Assembly (NCBI GenBank): GCA_051294375.1
Contig: CM119271.1
Span: 12,639,039 to 12,703,038, forward strand
Direction: 5' to 3'
DNA: 64,000 bases
Source of the DNA: Paraspadella gotoi
Lineage: Eukaryota > Animalia > Chaetognatha
A model generated the notes under the pieces. It was not told the DNA's origin. It saw only the letters and a program-made list of their open reading frames with translations, and searched no databases. Positions 63,264-64,000 of the stretch are shown one piece after another. The stretch's first letter is position 1. Each line of letters starts with the position of its first letter. A program made the translations under genes and the position numbers.

Positions 63264-63965
63264 CTACTTCTTCCACGCGACCAAAGCGAAACACCGAGGC
63301 GACACGATGGGATCGAAGAGACGAATCAAACCCACGTCGGTCGTCCACTTCGACTCCAACAAATAAACGAATCTGTCCAAGAGGACGAGGCTTTCCACGA
63401 CGGGCGAGAGACAAGTTCGGAGTTGATGAAAGGCCAAGAGGCGATTGCGGAAGGGAAGGAATCCTTCCACGAAGGCTTCCAGTTCTTCGTCGGGCGGGAG
63501 GGTCGAGTCCAGAGTCTCGAGTCCCATCTTGAGGTAGTCTATGTCAGAGCGGCAACGCTTCGAGGCGTTCTTCAATAACTTCTTGCGTTGAGCGGGAAAA
63601 CCGTATTTGTCTGTGGGAGGAAAAAAAAAAGAAATTAAAAAATACGACTTGAAGTTACAAACAAAAAAACAATTGAAGAGAGCAAAGTATATCCTGTCAA
63701 ATCCTTTCCCTCTCACCTTGGATCAAAACGTCGAAAACTGCGCGGGAAAAGATCCGAGGATGTGGCCGACGCTTCGCCCGCCATATTCGATCCGGGGGCT
63801 GACTCGCCAACATCCGGGCGTTTTGACCCAAAACGAAGTCGCGACTTTTGAGAGCGTGGCTCATGGGGAAGTGAGGGGCGGACGAGGCGTTGGGGGAAGA
63901 AGGATCGAGAGTCAGAGGAAAATCGAAGGAGTCGGTTGTACGTTTCGGTCTGGCACAAGTTGAAA
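63264..63965 (-). CDS. METTL25: METTL25-family methyltransferase, 3' exons (gene runs off the window)
   Basis: C-terminal LRTCLSPVVESLVLLDRFVYLLE...IRLFDPIVSPRCFALVAWKK motif of the METTL25/RRNAD1 family. Confidence 0.8.
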
Positions 63966-64000
63966 GGGATTTGATGAAATATATAATGAAATAATAATGA

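Overview
Gene-dense invertebrate-animal (metazoan) genomic DNA from an error-prone draft assembly: three N gaps, homopolymer frameshifts, GA microsatellites, and a ~4.6-5 kb duplication (1-4573 = 6921-12010) that is probably an uncollapsed haplotype. Left part: two intronless membrane-protein ORFs (an XK-related protein and an orphan multi-TM ORF) and a decayed BEL/Pao retrotransposon. From 19.6 kb to the right end there are 14 consecutive spliced genes, all on the minus strand: ACAP, UBE2A/Rad6, BPHL pseudogene + BPHL, tetraspanin, TMEM14-like, TRMT10C-like #1, RPL13, an FN3 receptor, TRMT10C-like #2, PPP4R2, CPPED1, ZYG11, METTL25. The standout is three related families of tiny non-coding retroelements whose ~255-280 bp units carry tRNA-type Pol III A/B boxes followed by a type-P5 twister ribozyme, with compensatory changes across families. 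Two families are miniature LTR elements (TGTGGC...GCCATA ends, 4-bp TSDs, PBS, purine tract), i.e. candidate twister-bearing LTR retrozymes. In all three families P1 is replaced by a loop-less palindrome, suggesting cleavage as a dimer. All calls were made by eye, with no database searches or folding programs.
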